Shown in pieces: positions 18,942 through 28,399 of a stretch of 64,000 nucleotides of DNA; position 1 is the first letter of the stretch, and each line of letters opens with the position of its first letter. Origin of the DNA: an uncultured Verrucomicrobiae bacterium (GTDB lineage Bacteria > Verrucomicrobiota > Verrucomicrobiia > Limisphaerales > Palsa-1400); the NCBI GenBank assembly GCA_963702845.1, contig OY969763.1, forward strand, positions 864,001 through 928,000, in the 5' to 3' direction. Under the pieces are notes generated by a model. The model searched no databases. It had not been told where the DNA came from and was given only the letters and a program-made list of their open reading frames with translations. The position numbers and the translations under genes are program-made.

Positions 18942-20087
18942 ATGAACCGCGATATATTTGAAGATTTATTCGTGTTGGAAATGGCCAATAACCACAACGG
19001 AAGTGTGGAGCGTGGCATGGCCATCATCGACCAGTTCAGCAAGGTGGTGCGGTTTAACAACGTGCGCGCGACGTTGAAGCTGCAATTTCGCGACGTTGAT
19101 ACGTTTGTACACAAGGATTACCGCGGTCGAACTGATGTTCGTTACATCAAGAAGACTTTGGCGACGGCGCTTCCGGCGGAGCAGTATGGGAATCTAGTCA
19201 CAGCCGTGCGCAAGGCGGGTTTTATTCCAAGCGCTACCCCATTTGATGAAGCGTCAGTGGACCTGTGCGTTACTTTGGGAATCCAGATTATCAAGCTGGC
19301 GAGTTCGGACCTGAATGATTGGTTTTTGATCGAGAAGATTGCCAAAACTCGTAAGCCGGTCGTCGCTTCGACGGGGGGATCATCTCTGAAGGATATCGAT
19401 GACCTGGTCACTTTTTTCACCAACCGCAATATTCCGCTCGCGTTGAACCACTGTGTTTCGCTGTATCCGACGGAAGATACGGAGCTGGAACTGAACCAGA
19501 TCGATTTCCTGAAGAACCGGTATCCTGACGTGACGATTGGGTTGTCGACGCACGAGTACCATAGCTGGGATTCCTCGATGTTGATTGGTTACGCCAAGGG
19601 CGCCCGCAGTTTTGAGCGGCACGTTGATATTGAGACGGATGGTTATCAGATCGCGCCGTATTGCAGCACCCCTGCGCAGATTGATACGTGGTTTAAGGCT
19701 TTCCAGAAAGCGAAGGAAATGTGCGGCGGAGGCAGTGGAACCAAGCGTGTTCCTCCTACTACTGAAATCAAATATTTGGACGCGCTCGTGCGCGGTGTCT
19801 ATGCCAAACGCGATCTGCCGGCGGGCGCATCTCTTACCGACGCAGATGTGTATCTGGCTATTCCGTTGCTGAAGGGGCAAATCTCCTGCCGCGAAATTAT
19901 GCGCGGCGAAGTGTTGCTAAATGGAATCAAGAAAGATGCGCCGGTGTTGATCGACGACATCGACAGCCCGTATTCGTCTTCGGACACGTTGAAGAAAGCG
20001 ATCTATCAACGCGGCCTTGATCCGAACGTCGGCGAAGATCCCGCAGCCAAAGGGTCGAAGGGCGTTGACTTGTCCAACAAGAAATAA
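18942..20087 (+). CDS. N-acetylneuraminate synthase (NeuB) family protein with SAF/AFP-like C-terminus
   Basis: EMANNHNG, ATPFD, KLASSD, STGG, HCVSLYP, FERH and RGVYAKRDLPAG. Confidence 0.88.
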   Translation: MNRDIFEDLFVLEMANNHNGSVERGMAIIDQFSKVVRFNNVRATLKLQFRDVDTFVHKDYRGRTDVRYIKKTLATALPAEQYGNLVTAVRKAGFIPSATPFDEASVDLCVTLGIQIIKLASSDLNDWFLIEKIAKTRKPVVASTGGSSLKDIDDLVTFFTNRNIPLALNHCVSLYPTEDTELELNQIDFLKNRYPDVTIGLSTHEYHSWDSSMLIGYAKGARSFERHVDIETDGYQIAPYCSTPAQIDTWFKAFQKAKEMCGGGSGTKRVPPTTEIKYLDALVRGVYAKRDLPAGASLTDADVYLAIPLLKGQISCREIMRGEVLLNGIKKDAPVLIDDIDSPYSSSDTLKKAIYQRGLDPNVGEDPAAKGSKGVDLSNKK

Positions 20088-20089
20088 GT

Positions 20090-21100
20090 TTGAACACGCC
20101 ACTCGTCTCGATCTGTCTCCCGACCTATAACCGGCCGGAGTATCTCAGGCGGGCGGTCATGTCGTGCCTGGCGCAGACCTATTCAAATTTCGAGCTCATT
20201 GTCACCGATAACAGCACCGATTCACAGTCGGGCCAGATGCTGGAAAAAATCGGTGATCCACGCATCCGGTATTTTAAAAACGAGGGCAACATTGGCGCAC
20301 ACGGGAGCTCTTCGCGTGCGGCGATGATCGCTCAAGGGAAATACATCAAATTCCTGATGGATGACGATCTGCTTCGTCCACAGTGTCTGGAGTTGATGGT
20401 TGGCGCTTTTGAAAAATATCCGAAGGTAGGAATCGCGATGGCTCCGATGGAGTTGATAGATAAGGACGACAGACGGATTTTTCCCAAGTTTTATTTCGTC
20501 CGCACGATGGATTATCGCTATCGATATCAGGTTGGAGACGGCTTGATTGATCGCAAGCGACTGCTAAAGGATTTTCTGACCCGCGACTATCCCTGCACGG
20601 TCCCGAGCGGTATCATGTATCGTGCGGAGCTGATCAGGGAAATGTTGCCGTTTGATCCGGCCCTGGATTTTGCCGGCGATCTCGATGTTTGCATGCGAAT
20701 CGCCGCGTCTAACGACTTCTTTTACATCGATCAGGTTCTTTCGGCATGGCGATTTGTGCCAGCTTCGGAGACAGCGACTATGCATCGTTCGGGGTCGAAG
20801 ATCGAAGTGTTTTATGAAATTACACGTCGGTGTCTGGCCCGTGACCCAGTGAAAAAGATGTTTGCTGGAGAATGGGCCAAGCTTGTACGCGATAGCTACC
20901 TTTTTTGTGATTTCCGATCATTAATGCTGAACGGTATGGCAGCGGTGCGTGCACGTAGCCCACGGCTACTATTCCAAACGATCTCGCACGTGTTCCGCGA
21001 AGATAAACATTGGACGAACCTATTTCGGGTACCGATTTTTGCGATGAAAGAAGTGTTTGTGTCCGTGTTTCCGCGCAAACTGCCGCCAGCCCGCGAGTGA
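20090..21100 (+). CDS. Glycosyltransferase family 2
   Basis: LVSICLPTYNRPEYL, QTYSNFELIVTDN and FLMDDD (DxD). TTG start 2 bp after the NeuB-like gene. Confidence 0.9.
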   Translation: MNTPLVSICLPTYNRPEYLRRAVMSCLAQTYSNFELIVTDNSTDSQSGQMLEKIGDPRIRYFKNEGNIGAHGSSSRAAMIAQGKYIKFLMDDDLLRPQCLELMVGAFEKYPKVGIAMAPMELIDKDDRRIFPKFYFVRTMDYRYRYQVGDGLIDRKRLLKDFLTRDYPCTVPSGIMYRAELIREMLPFDPALDFAGDLDVCMRIAASNDFFYIDQVLSAWRFVPASETATMHRSGSKIEVFYEITRRCLARDPVKKMFAGEWAKLVRDSYLFCDFRSLMLNGMAAVRARSPRLLFQTISHVFREDKHWTNLFRVPIFAMKEVFVSVFPRKLPPARE

Positions 21101-21147
21101 ACGAAAAGAATTGTTGTGAATGTTAAACGCCGAGTAGCCTTTACCAA

Positions 21148-21933
21148 ATGATAGCCAATGCCAAACAGCTGATTCGCAGAACGCTCGACCGTATGGGTTA
21201 CCAAATTGTAAAGATTAGCCATCGGTCGTCCGCTCAGCCCGTTGATGTTTTCCCGCTGGTAGTCAACGATCTGCTGGCACGAAAGAAAACGAATCAACTT
21301 TCTTTTGTGCAAATTGGCGCACATGACGGGCTTCACGCAGACCCACTACGACCGTTTATCACCCGCTTTCACTGGAAGGGCATTCTTGTCGAGCCCCAAC
21401 CGAAAATTTTCCAGCGGTTGATCAAGAACTACGCGACTGAGAAACAGCTCATTTTCGAAAACGCTGCCATTGGCAACGCTGATGGGACGTCGACACTCTA
21501 CACGTTCAAGGAGTCGTCAAACCTCCCAGATCATGCCAGCATGCTTGCATCGTTCGATCGCGGCCGGTTGGTTGCCAACGGGCACGGCTATCGAGGTGAA
21601 ATCGAAGAACTGAAGGTGCCCACCCTGAGTGTCAAAACTCTACTCGCAAAGCATGCCATAGGCGAAATCGATTTACTACAGATAGATGCAGAAGGTTTCG
21701 ACTACGAGATCGTGAAGATGTTTGTGCATGCTGGTGTTTCGCCTGCCATCATCAATTTCGAAAGCGGTATCTTGAGCGAAGGCCAGATGAGGGAATGCGG
21801 CGAACTTCTTGCAACGCTCGGATACCGGGCGATTACTGTTGGCGTCGATACTGTCGCATACAAGCAAGGAGCTGATTTCGGGTTTGATGAAACACTGGCG
21901 GACGAAGGTTACCAGTCAGTTAAACAGCGATAA
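21148..21933 (+). CDS. FkbM family methyltransferase
   Basis: FVQIGAHDG, WKGILVEPQP and IDLLQIDAEGFDYEI. Confidence 0.88.
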   Translation: MIANAKQLIRRTLDRMGYQIVKISHRSSAQPVDVFPLVVNDLLARKKTNQLSFVQIGAHDGLHADPLRPFITRFHWKGILVEPQPKIFQRLIKNYATEKQLIFENAAIGNADGTSTLYTFKESSNLPDHASMLASFDRGRLVANGHGYRGEIEELKVPTLSVKTLLAKHAIGEIDLLQIDAEGFDYEIVKMFVHAGVSPAIINFESGILSEGQMRECGELLATLGYRAITVGVDTVAYKQGADFGFDETLADEGYQSVKQR

Positions 21934-22015
21934 GGGCTCACTAGCTTTTGTTTGCTGTAGGACAAAATCCGACCACGGTAACCGTTTCGCTGGTAGCAAT
22001 TTAGACGGGTTTAAG

Positions 22016-22043
22016 TTGACATACTCCTTCCGAAGGGCATCCT
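22016..22043 (+). promoter_or_regulatory. Possible sigma-70 promoter for the large Ig-domain gene
   Basis: Perfect TTGACA at 22016 and a weak -10 (CATCCT) 16 bp later. Confidence 0.3.
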
Positions 22044-22084
22044 CTATCGGAGAAAACTAAACCACACTCCGTGGGAAGGGAAAT

Positions 22085-25000
22085 ATGCTAACTCTAAAAA
22101 GCTCATCCGTATATCTGACTCTATGCTCTTGTTTGCTGATTGCAGCCACTTCGGTGCGAGCGCAATCGCCGGTGATTAATACGCCGCCGCAGAGCCAGAC
22201 AGCTGTGACCGGTAGTAATGTAATCTTTTCGGTTCAGGTAGGCGATTCGAGCGCTACTTTGCCAAACATCAGCTCCGGCACGCTCCGCCTCTGGTTGAAG
22301 GCAGACGCAGGGGTGGTGACTAACAGTTCTGGACGCGTCAACCGTTGGCAGGATCAATCTGGCAATGCAAATGATGCACTGCAAGCGACGGCGAACCTTC
22401 AGCCGTTGATTACTGTTCCGGGAAATCTTAACGGCAAACCGGCGGTGAGGTTCGCTGCAAATCCTCCTGGCGACACCTCCGGCACATATCTCCATGGAAC
22501 CGGTGACGTTGGGATTCCAAATGCGTACACAGCTTTCATGGTTTATCAAACGCGGGAGATAACCAACAACGACATCGTTGTTGCGTATGTTGGTGTGCCC
22601 GGGACCTACGGTTCATGCCGTGGCTTCGACCTTGCTCAACAGCAGCTTTGTCTAGGAACGTGGACATATGACTATTTTACGGCATTTGCGCCGGCAATAA
22701 ACACTCCCCGTCTTTGGACCGAACGTTTCAACACCAATCTCAATTCGGCTCAGGTGTTTGATTATAGCGCGTCATCGACGACCAATTTCAGTTTTTCAAC
22801 CTCAGGCCAGTCTGCGCCCGCACCGGGGTATTATCTGGGTGGTTTGGATCCTTCTGGTCAGTTCGTTGTGTCTGGACGCAACTTCAACGGGGATATAGCC
22901 GAATTGATCTACTTTCAAGGTGCATTGACTGAGGGCGACAGGGCCACCGTGCAGCAATACCTTGCGCAAAAATACCTGTTGCCGAGTTCGCAGGGTCCAT
23001 TCACGTATCAATGGCGGATGAATGGCGGTGCGATCGGCGGTGCGACTGACAGCAGCTTGAATTTGACGAATGTCCAGATTGCAGCTTCTGGCACGTATTC
23101 AGTCGTGGTTAGCAACTCGATCGGATCAACGACCAGTTCTCCCGCAGTCCTAACGGTCGGCGACGCGCCGGCAATCACGACGCAGCCACAGAGTCAGACT
23201 GTTATTCAAGGAACACCGACTTCATTTAGCGTAAGCGCCTCGGGAACGGCACCATTAAGTTATACCTGGGTTTTTAATGGGTCGGTGATTCCAGGTGCCA
23301 CGACGGCAACTCTGTCGATTACCAATGTGCAATTCTCGAACGTCGGATCGTATTCCGTTGTCGCTTCGAGCCCGTTTGGCCAAGCAACCAGCGGTAGTGC
23401 GACTCTTTCGGTGGAAACTGTTCCGGTGATAGGAAACCAGCCACAGAGCCAGATCCTTCAAGCTGGCAGCGACGCAATTTTTGCGGTTAGTGCCTCGGCT
23501 CAGTCCGTCGCGGTTATGCCTAATGTCGCTTCTGGAACGCTACAGTTATGGCTGAAGCCTGATGCTGGAATCGTCAAGAACGCGTCCGGGCAAATTAGCC
23601 AATGGCAGGATCAATCAGGGAACAACAATCATGCCGCTCAGGCATCGAGCAGCCTGCAACCTACGTTGCTTTCTTCAACTGCATTTAGCGGAAAATCTGT
23701 TGTTCATTTTAATGGAGCACAGAACAACACAAGTGGGCAGTACCTGCACGGGACTGGTGATGTTTCCATTCCCGATGCTTTCACTGGATTCGTCGTTTAC
23801 GATATTACCAACAATGCGAACTCCGAGAACATGACTTACTTCGTGGGCGTCCCGGGAACCTTTAATGTGTGTCGCGGGTACGACTGCGTGACGAACTCAA
23901 TGATGTTTGCGTGTTGGGGTAACGATTACTATTCCGGTGTTGTCATTCCTCCGAATACTGTTCACATCTGCACGGATAGGCTTAATACCAACAAAACAAG
24001 TGTCGATATGTTCGACACAACTGCAGCGTCAACCGTGCTTGTCTCAAAGCCGACTTCAGGGTTGGGTACGCCGGGAGCGGGCTACTATATTGGAGGAGTC
24101 GATACAACCATGCCGAACGTAGGGTCAGGTCGCGTCCTAGCCGGCGACGTGGCTGAAGTCATTGTTTACAGAGGTTCACTGACTGACCTCGACCGGACCG
24201 CCGTTGAGACCTATCTCAAGCAGAAATACTATCAGACCGGAACTTCTTCTGGTCTATCATATCAGTGGCAATTTAACGGAGTAGACATTGCGGGAGCGAC
24301 GAATTCGTCGATCACCGTTAGTAATGTGCAGTCGACGAATATCGGTACTTACAACGTGGTCGTTTGCAATGGCTCTCTATGCACAACCAGTTCCAATGCG
24401 CTTTTGATTGTAACGCAGACCGGGGTCGGCCCGTCGATTACAACCCAGCCGCAGAGCCAAACTGTTCTCAGTGGTTCTGCCATCGCCTTTTCAGTGGGCC
24501 TCGCTCCGGGTTCATATAGCTATTTGTGGCAGTTCAACGGTTCGATAATTGCGGGCGCGACGGATTCTGTTTTGAACTTAACGAATGTTCAGGCTGCAAC
24601 TTCCGGAACTTACAATGTGGTCGTCGGAGATGGCACGAATTATGTCCTGAGTTCAAATGCAGTTCTAGCGGTTGTTTCACCGCAAAACCCGGGTTGCACG
24701 CCTGCCCCGTCGGGGCTCGTTGGATGGTGGCCTGCAGAAGGTGACGCGTCGGATTTTGTTGGCAACGATAATGGGACATTAGTTAATAGTGTTGGTTTTG
24801 CACCAGGTGAAGTGGGGCAGTCATTTAGTTTGTCCGGAAATAGTTACGTCAGTATTCCTGATTCGACCCAAGTCCGACCGACGAGCGTCACTATTGCAGG
24901 ATGGTTTGCGCTCACCCAGGTAACTGGCGTACAGGTTCTCGTTGGGAAAACCGTCGGTACTGGCCCCTATGATTCATACGTTCTGTTTTTTCAGGGTGGT

Positions 25001-28000
25001 GCATTGAGTGGTACCGTCGGCAACCTTTCCGGCACCGGACCAATTCTCTCTTATCAACTAAATCCAACGGCGAATACGTGGTATCACTTTGCATATACGT
25101 TTGATAACGCGACGAAGCAGCAGGCACTGTATGTAAACGGGGTTCTGCGCGCGTCAGGGGCCAACTCGGCCACAATAGGGTACGATAGTCATCCCTTGAT
25201 GATAGGTTCCGAATATGAAAATGAGTCGGTTCAGTATTTCATGAACGGGAAGGCTGATGAGGTTACTCTATTTAATCGGGCGCTGGCGGCTGGTGAATTG
25301 CAGCAAATATACAACGCCGGAGCAGGCGGAATTTGTAATGGCCTGTTAATCGGACTTAACCCTCAAAATCAATCGGCTGCAGTCGGAACAGCTGCGGGGT
25401 TCAGTGTCAAAGCGTCCAGTTTGGCGCCAATCAGTTACCAGTGGCTGCAGAGCGGCAGTCCAATTGCGGGCGCAAACGCAAGCAACTTGATTCTAACCAA
25501 TGTCCAGGTGACTGACGCAGGCACGTACGCTGTGGTTGTGTCGAACCTGTTTGGATCATTAACAAGTTCAAATGCAGTTTTAACTGTTGGATTTGCTCCG
25601 TCGATTTCGACGCAGCCGGTGAGTCAAACGGTCGTTCAATCCAACAGTGTGTTGTTCGCAGTTACTGCATCTGGAACTGACCCATTGTCGTATCAGTGGA
25701 AATTGAATGGCTCTGCGATTGCCGCGGCGACGAATTCGAGTTTAACGATCACGAGCGCACAAACGACGAATAATGGCAGTTACACGGTTGTCATCACAAA
25801 CTTGTTTGGATCTGTGACCAGTTCAAACGCTGTGCTGCGGGTTGATGTAATTCCACAAATTCTCTCCCAACCGCAGAGCCAAACGATCATTTCGGGCAAT
25901 ACGGCAACCTTCTCGGTTGGCACAGATGCTGTCCTGCCGGCGGTTGCGTCCGGGACATTGCGATTGTGGTTGAAAGCTGATGCAGGTGCAGTGACAAACG
26001 CCAGCAATCAGGTGAGTCGGTGGAACGATCAGTCGATCAATGGCAACAACGCTAATCAGTCGAATACCGCGCAGCAACCGGTTCTGGTGCATCCTGCTGC
26101 TGTCAACGGACGCGCGGCGCTACATTTCGATGGGATTCAGAGTTCTTCATCCGGCGATTACCTCGTGGGAACGAACGACGTTGGTATTCCCGATGCGTTT
26201 ACGTCGTTTGTTGTTGCGGAACCGTCGGGGTTCTCGTCGGCCAACATCCCGGCGTTCGTTGGAACGCCCGGCACAACTGGCGCAGGCCGCTGCTGCAGCT
26301 TGATTAGTGGTCAGCTTTATTTCGCAACGTGGGCGAACGATTATGGCAGCGGATTTTCCCCGCAAACTGGTACATATCGGATCTGGACTGAGCGTTTCAA
26401 TACGAACCGGACTTTTGCCGAACTGTTTGATCGCACCGCCAGCACGAGCACAAACTTCAGTTGGACGGTATCGAATATCCAAACGCCGTCCTCTGGATAT
26501 TATGTAGGTGGTCTTGGCGCATTTACCCGCAATTTCGCTGGCGACGTTGCCGAAGTGATTTATTATCGCGGCTCGCTGAGCGATAGCGATCGCCTTGCGG
26601 TGGAGACGTATCTTCGCCAAAAGTATTACCAGGCGATCCCACTTAGCGGTCTCACATACCAGTGGCAGCTCAATGGTTCGAACATCGCGGATGCAACAAA
26701 TTCCAGCCTGACGGTATCGAACGCGCAGCCTGCGAATGCCGGTACTTATACGGTTACTGTTTGCAACGGGAGCGCCTGCATTACCAGTTCGAATGCGACG
26801 TTGACCGTGAACATTCCTCCGTTCATCACACAACAACCGGTTGACCAGACTGTGATTGTAGGCACGAGCGTAAGCTTCACCGCGAACGGCGATGGCACTG
26901 CGCCATTGAGCTATCAGTGGCAACATAATGGCGCAAATATTTCAGGGGCGACGACGACGTCGTTGAGCATCGCGAGTGTGCAGCAGTCAGATGCCGGGTC
27001 GTATGCGCTCGTGGTGAGCAGCCCGTATGGGGCTGCGACCAGTTCCAGCGCGGTTTTGGGTATTATCACATCGACCGTGATTGCCGGGAATGTGAGCGGT
27101 TCGGGTTCGAGCACGTTAACGCTGCCGATATTGCTTTCGGCGCTTGGTAACGAGAACGCGGTTGGGTTTAGTTTAAACTTCGACCCGACGTTGTTAAGTG
27201 TGGCGTCGGTGAATGTGGGATCCAACCTGACCGGCGCGACCGTGTTTTACAACACGGCAAACAGCGGACATGCAGGCATTGCGGTTTCGTTGAGTTCAGG
27301 AAATACATTTGCCGCGGGGACTCAGGAGATGGTGGTGGTTGTATTTAACGTTGGCCTGGTGACGACGAACGTGGTTACGCCAATCAGTTTTGGAGATACG
27401 CCGACTCTACGTGAGATCTCCGACCCGTCGCCGAAGCTTCTGCCCGGCACTTATATCGCGGGATCGGCGGCGTTGACGGCGACAGCGTTCGAAGGCGATG
27501 TGGCACCGCGACCGGACGGCGACCAGCGCGTCGGCATAACGGACTGGGTGCAGGTAGGCCGGTTTGTTGCTGGATTGGATACCGTGGGCAGCGCGAGTGA
27601 ATTTCAGCGAGTTGACTGTGCCCCGCGCAATGGCTCTGGCAATGGCAAGTTGACGGTCAGCGACTGGGTTCAGGCGGGCCGTTACTTTATTGGGCTTGAT
27701 CCTTTAACACCTGTTGGTGGCCCAACTACTCCAATCGGAAACGCGATTGTGCAACCGCGCATTCCGACTTCCCGGACGATCGCGCTGCAAACCGGAACAA
27801 CGAGCGGCATCTCAAACGTAGTCAGCGTGCAGTTGAATGCGCAAGGTGACGAAAGCGCGGTCGGCTTCAGCCTGTCATTTGATTATACCCAACTTCGGTT
27901 CACTGGCGCATCGGTCGGCAGCACCGCTTCGGGTGCGAGCATGAATGTAAATTCGGTCCAGGCCACCAATGGAACGGTTGGCGTCGCTCTTGAACTGCCG

Positions 28001-28399
28001 TTCGGCCACACCTTCCCCGCCGGCACCCAGGAAGTCGTGCGTTTGAGTTTCGTGCCGATTGTTTACGCGCCGGGCAGTTCGAATCTTACGTTTACCGACT
28101 CGCCGGTGATACGCGACGTCTCTGACGTGACTGCAAACTCGTTGAGTGCGAATTATGTGAATAGCACACTTGCGACGACTGGGTTGTTGTTGCCATCACT
28201 GTCAGTCTTCCAGGATGGTTCCGGCAATGTCACTTTATCGTGGCCAGCTTCGGCCGTCGGCTTTGGCCTGGAAAGTGTGTCTGACTTAAGCACGAATTGG
28301 TCACCGGTCTCAACGACCCTTGTGACGAATGGTCCGACCGTTTCGGTCATTCAGTCGCCATCAAGCAATCAGCTCTATTTCCGATTGCATAAGCCCTAG
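22085..28399 (+). CDS. Large secreted protein: Ig (I-set-like) repeats, 3 ConA/LamG-like inserts, LamG domain, cohesin-dockerin-cohesin block, C-terminal sorting-like domain
   Basis: Signal peptide; repeated ITTQPQSQ...YQW..NG..I.GAT...G.Y.VVV; LRLWLKADAG...WQDQSG x3; GLVGWWPAEGDA...WYHFAYTFD; two GFSL.FD cohesin-like domains flanking GDV...TDWVQVGR / DCAPR...SDWVQAGR. Confidence 0.85.
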   Translation: MLTLKSSSVYLTLCSCLLIAATSVRAQSPVINTPPQSQTAVTGSNVIFSVQVGDSSATLPNISSGTLRLWLKADAGVVTNSSGRVNRWQDQSGNANDALQATANLQPLITVPGNLNGKPAVRFAANPPGDTSGTYLHGTGDVGIPNAYTAFMVYQTREITNNDIVVAYVGVPGTYGSCRGFDLAQQQLCLGTWTYDYFTAFAPAINTPRLWTERFNTNLNSAQVFDYSASSTTNFSFSTSGQSAPAPGYYLGGLDPSGQFVVSGRNFNGDIAELIYFQGALTEGDRATVQQYLAQKYLLPSSQGPFTYQWRMNGGAIGGATDSSLNLTNVQIAASGTYSVVVSNSIGSTTSSPAVLTVGDAPAITTQPQSQTVIQGTPTSFSVSASGTAPLSYTWVFNGSVIPGATTATLSITNVQFSNVGSYSVVASSPFGQATSGSATLSVETVPVIGNQPQSQILQAGSDAIFAVSASAQSVAVMPNVASGTLQLWLKPDAGIVKNASGQISQWQDQSGNNNHAAQASSSLQPTLLSSTAFSGKSVVHFNGAQNNTSGQYLHGTGDVSIPDAFTGFVVYDITNNANSENMTYFVGVPGTFNVCRGYDCVTNSMMFACWGNDYYSGVVIPPNTVHICTDRLNTNKTSVDMFDTTAASTVLVSKPTSGLGTPGAGYYIGGVDTTMPNVGSGRVLAGDVAEVIVYRGSLTDLDRTAVETYLKQKYYQTGTSSGLSYQWQFNGVDIAGATNSSITVSNVQSTNIGTYNVVVCNGSLCTTSSNALLIVTQTGVGPSITTQPQSQTVLSGSAIAFSVGLAPGSYSYLWQFNGSIIAGATDSVLNLTNVQAATSGTYNVVVGDGTNYVLSSNAVLAVVSPQNPGCTPAPSGLVGWWPAEGDASDFVGNDNGTLVNSVGFAPGEVGQSFSLSGNSYVSIPDSTQVRPTSVTIAGWFALTQVTGVQVLVGKTVGTGPYDSYVLFFQGGALSGTVGNLSGTGPILSYQLNPTANTWYHFAYTFDNATKQQALYVNGVLRASGANSATIGYDSHPLMIGSEYENESVQYFMNGKADEVTLFNRALAAGELQQIYNAGAGGICNGLLIGLNPQNQSAAVGTAAGFSVKASSLAPISYQWLQSGSPIAGANASNLILTNVQVTDAGTYAVVVSNLFGSLTSSNAVLTVGFAPSISTQPVSQTVVQSNSVLFAVTASGTDPLSYQWKLNGSAIAAATNSSLTITSAQTTNNGSYTVVITNLFGSVTSSNAVLRVDVIPQILSQPQSQTIISGNTATFSVGTDAVLPAVASGTLRLWLKADAGAVTNASNQVSRWNDQSINGNNANQSNTAQQPVLVHPAAVNGRAALHFDGIQSSSSGDYLVGTNDVGIPDAFTSFVVAEPSGFSSANIPAFVGTPGTTGAGRCCSLISGQLYFATWANDYGSGFSPQTGTYRIWTERFNTNRTFAELFDRTASTSTNFSWTVSNIQTPSSGYYVGGLGAFTRNFAGDVAEVIYYRGSLSDSDRLAVETYLRQKYYQAIPLSGLTYQWQLNGSNIADATNSSLTVSNAQPANAGTYTVTVCNGSACITSSNATLTVNIPPFITQQPVDQTVIVGTSVSFTANGDGTAPLSYQWQHNGANISGATTTSLSIASVQQSDAGSYALVVSSPYGAATSSSAVLGIITSTVIAGNVSGSGSSTLTLPILLSALGNENAVGFSLNFDPTLLSVASVNVGSNLTGATVFYNTANSGHAGIAVSLSSGNTFAAGTQEMVVVVFNVGLVTTNVVTPISFGDTPTLREISDPSPKLLPGTYIAGSAALTATAFEGDVAPRPDGDQRVGITDWVQVGRFVAGLDTVGSASEFQRVDCAPRNGSGNGKLTVSDWVQAGRYFIGLDPLTPVGGPTTPIGNAIVQPRIPTSRTIALQTGTTSGISNVVSVQLNAQGDESAVGFSLSFDYTQLRFTGASVGSTASGASMNVNSVQATNGTVGVALELPFGHTFPAGTQEVVRLSFVPIVYAPGSSNLTFTDSPVIRDVSDVTANSLSANYVNSTLATTGLLLPSLSVFQDGSGNVTLSWPASAVGFGLESVSDLSTNWSPVSTTLVTNGPTVSVIQSPSSNQLYFRLHKP

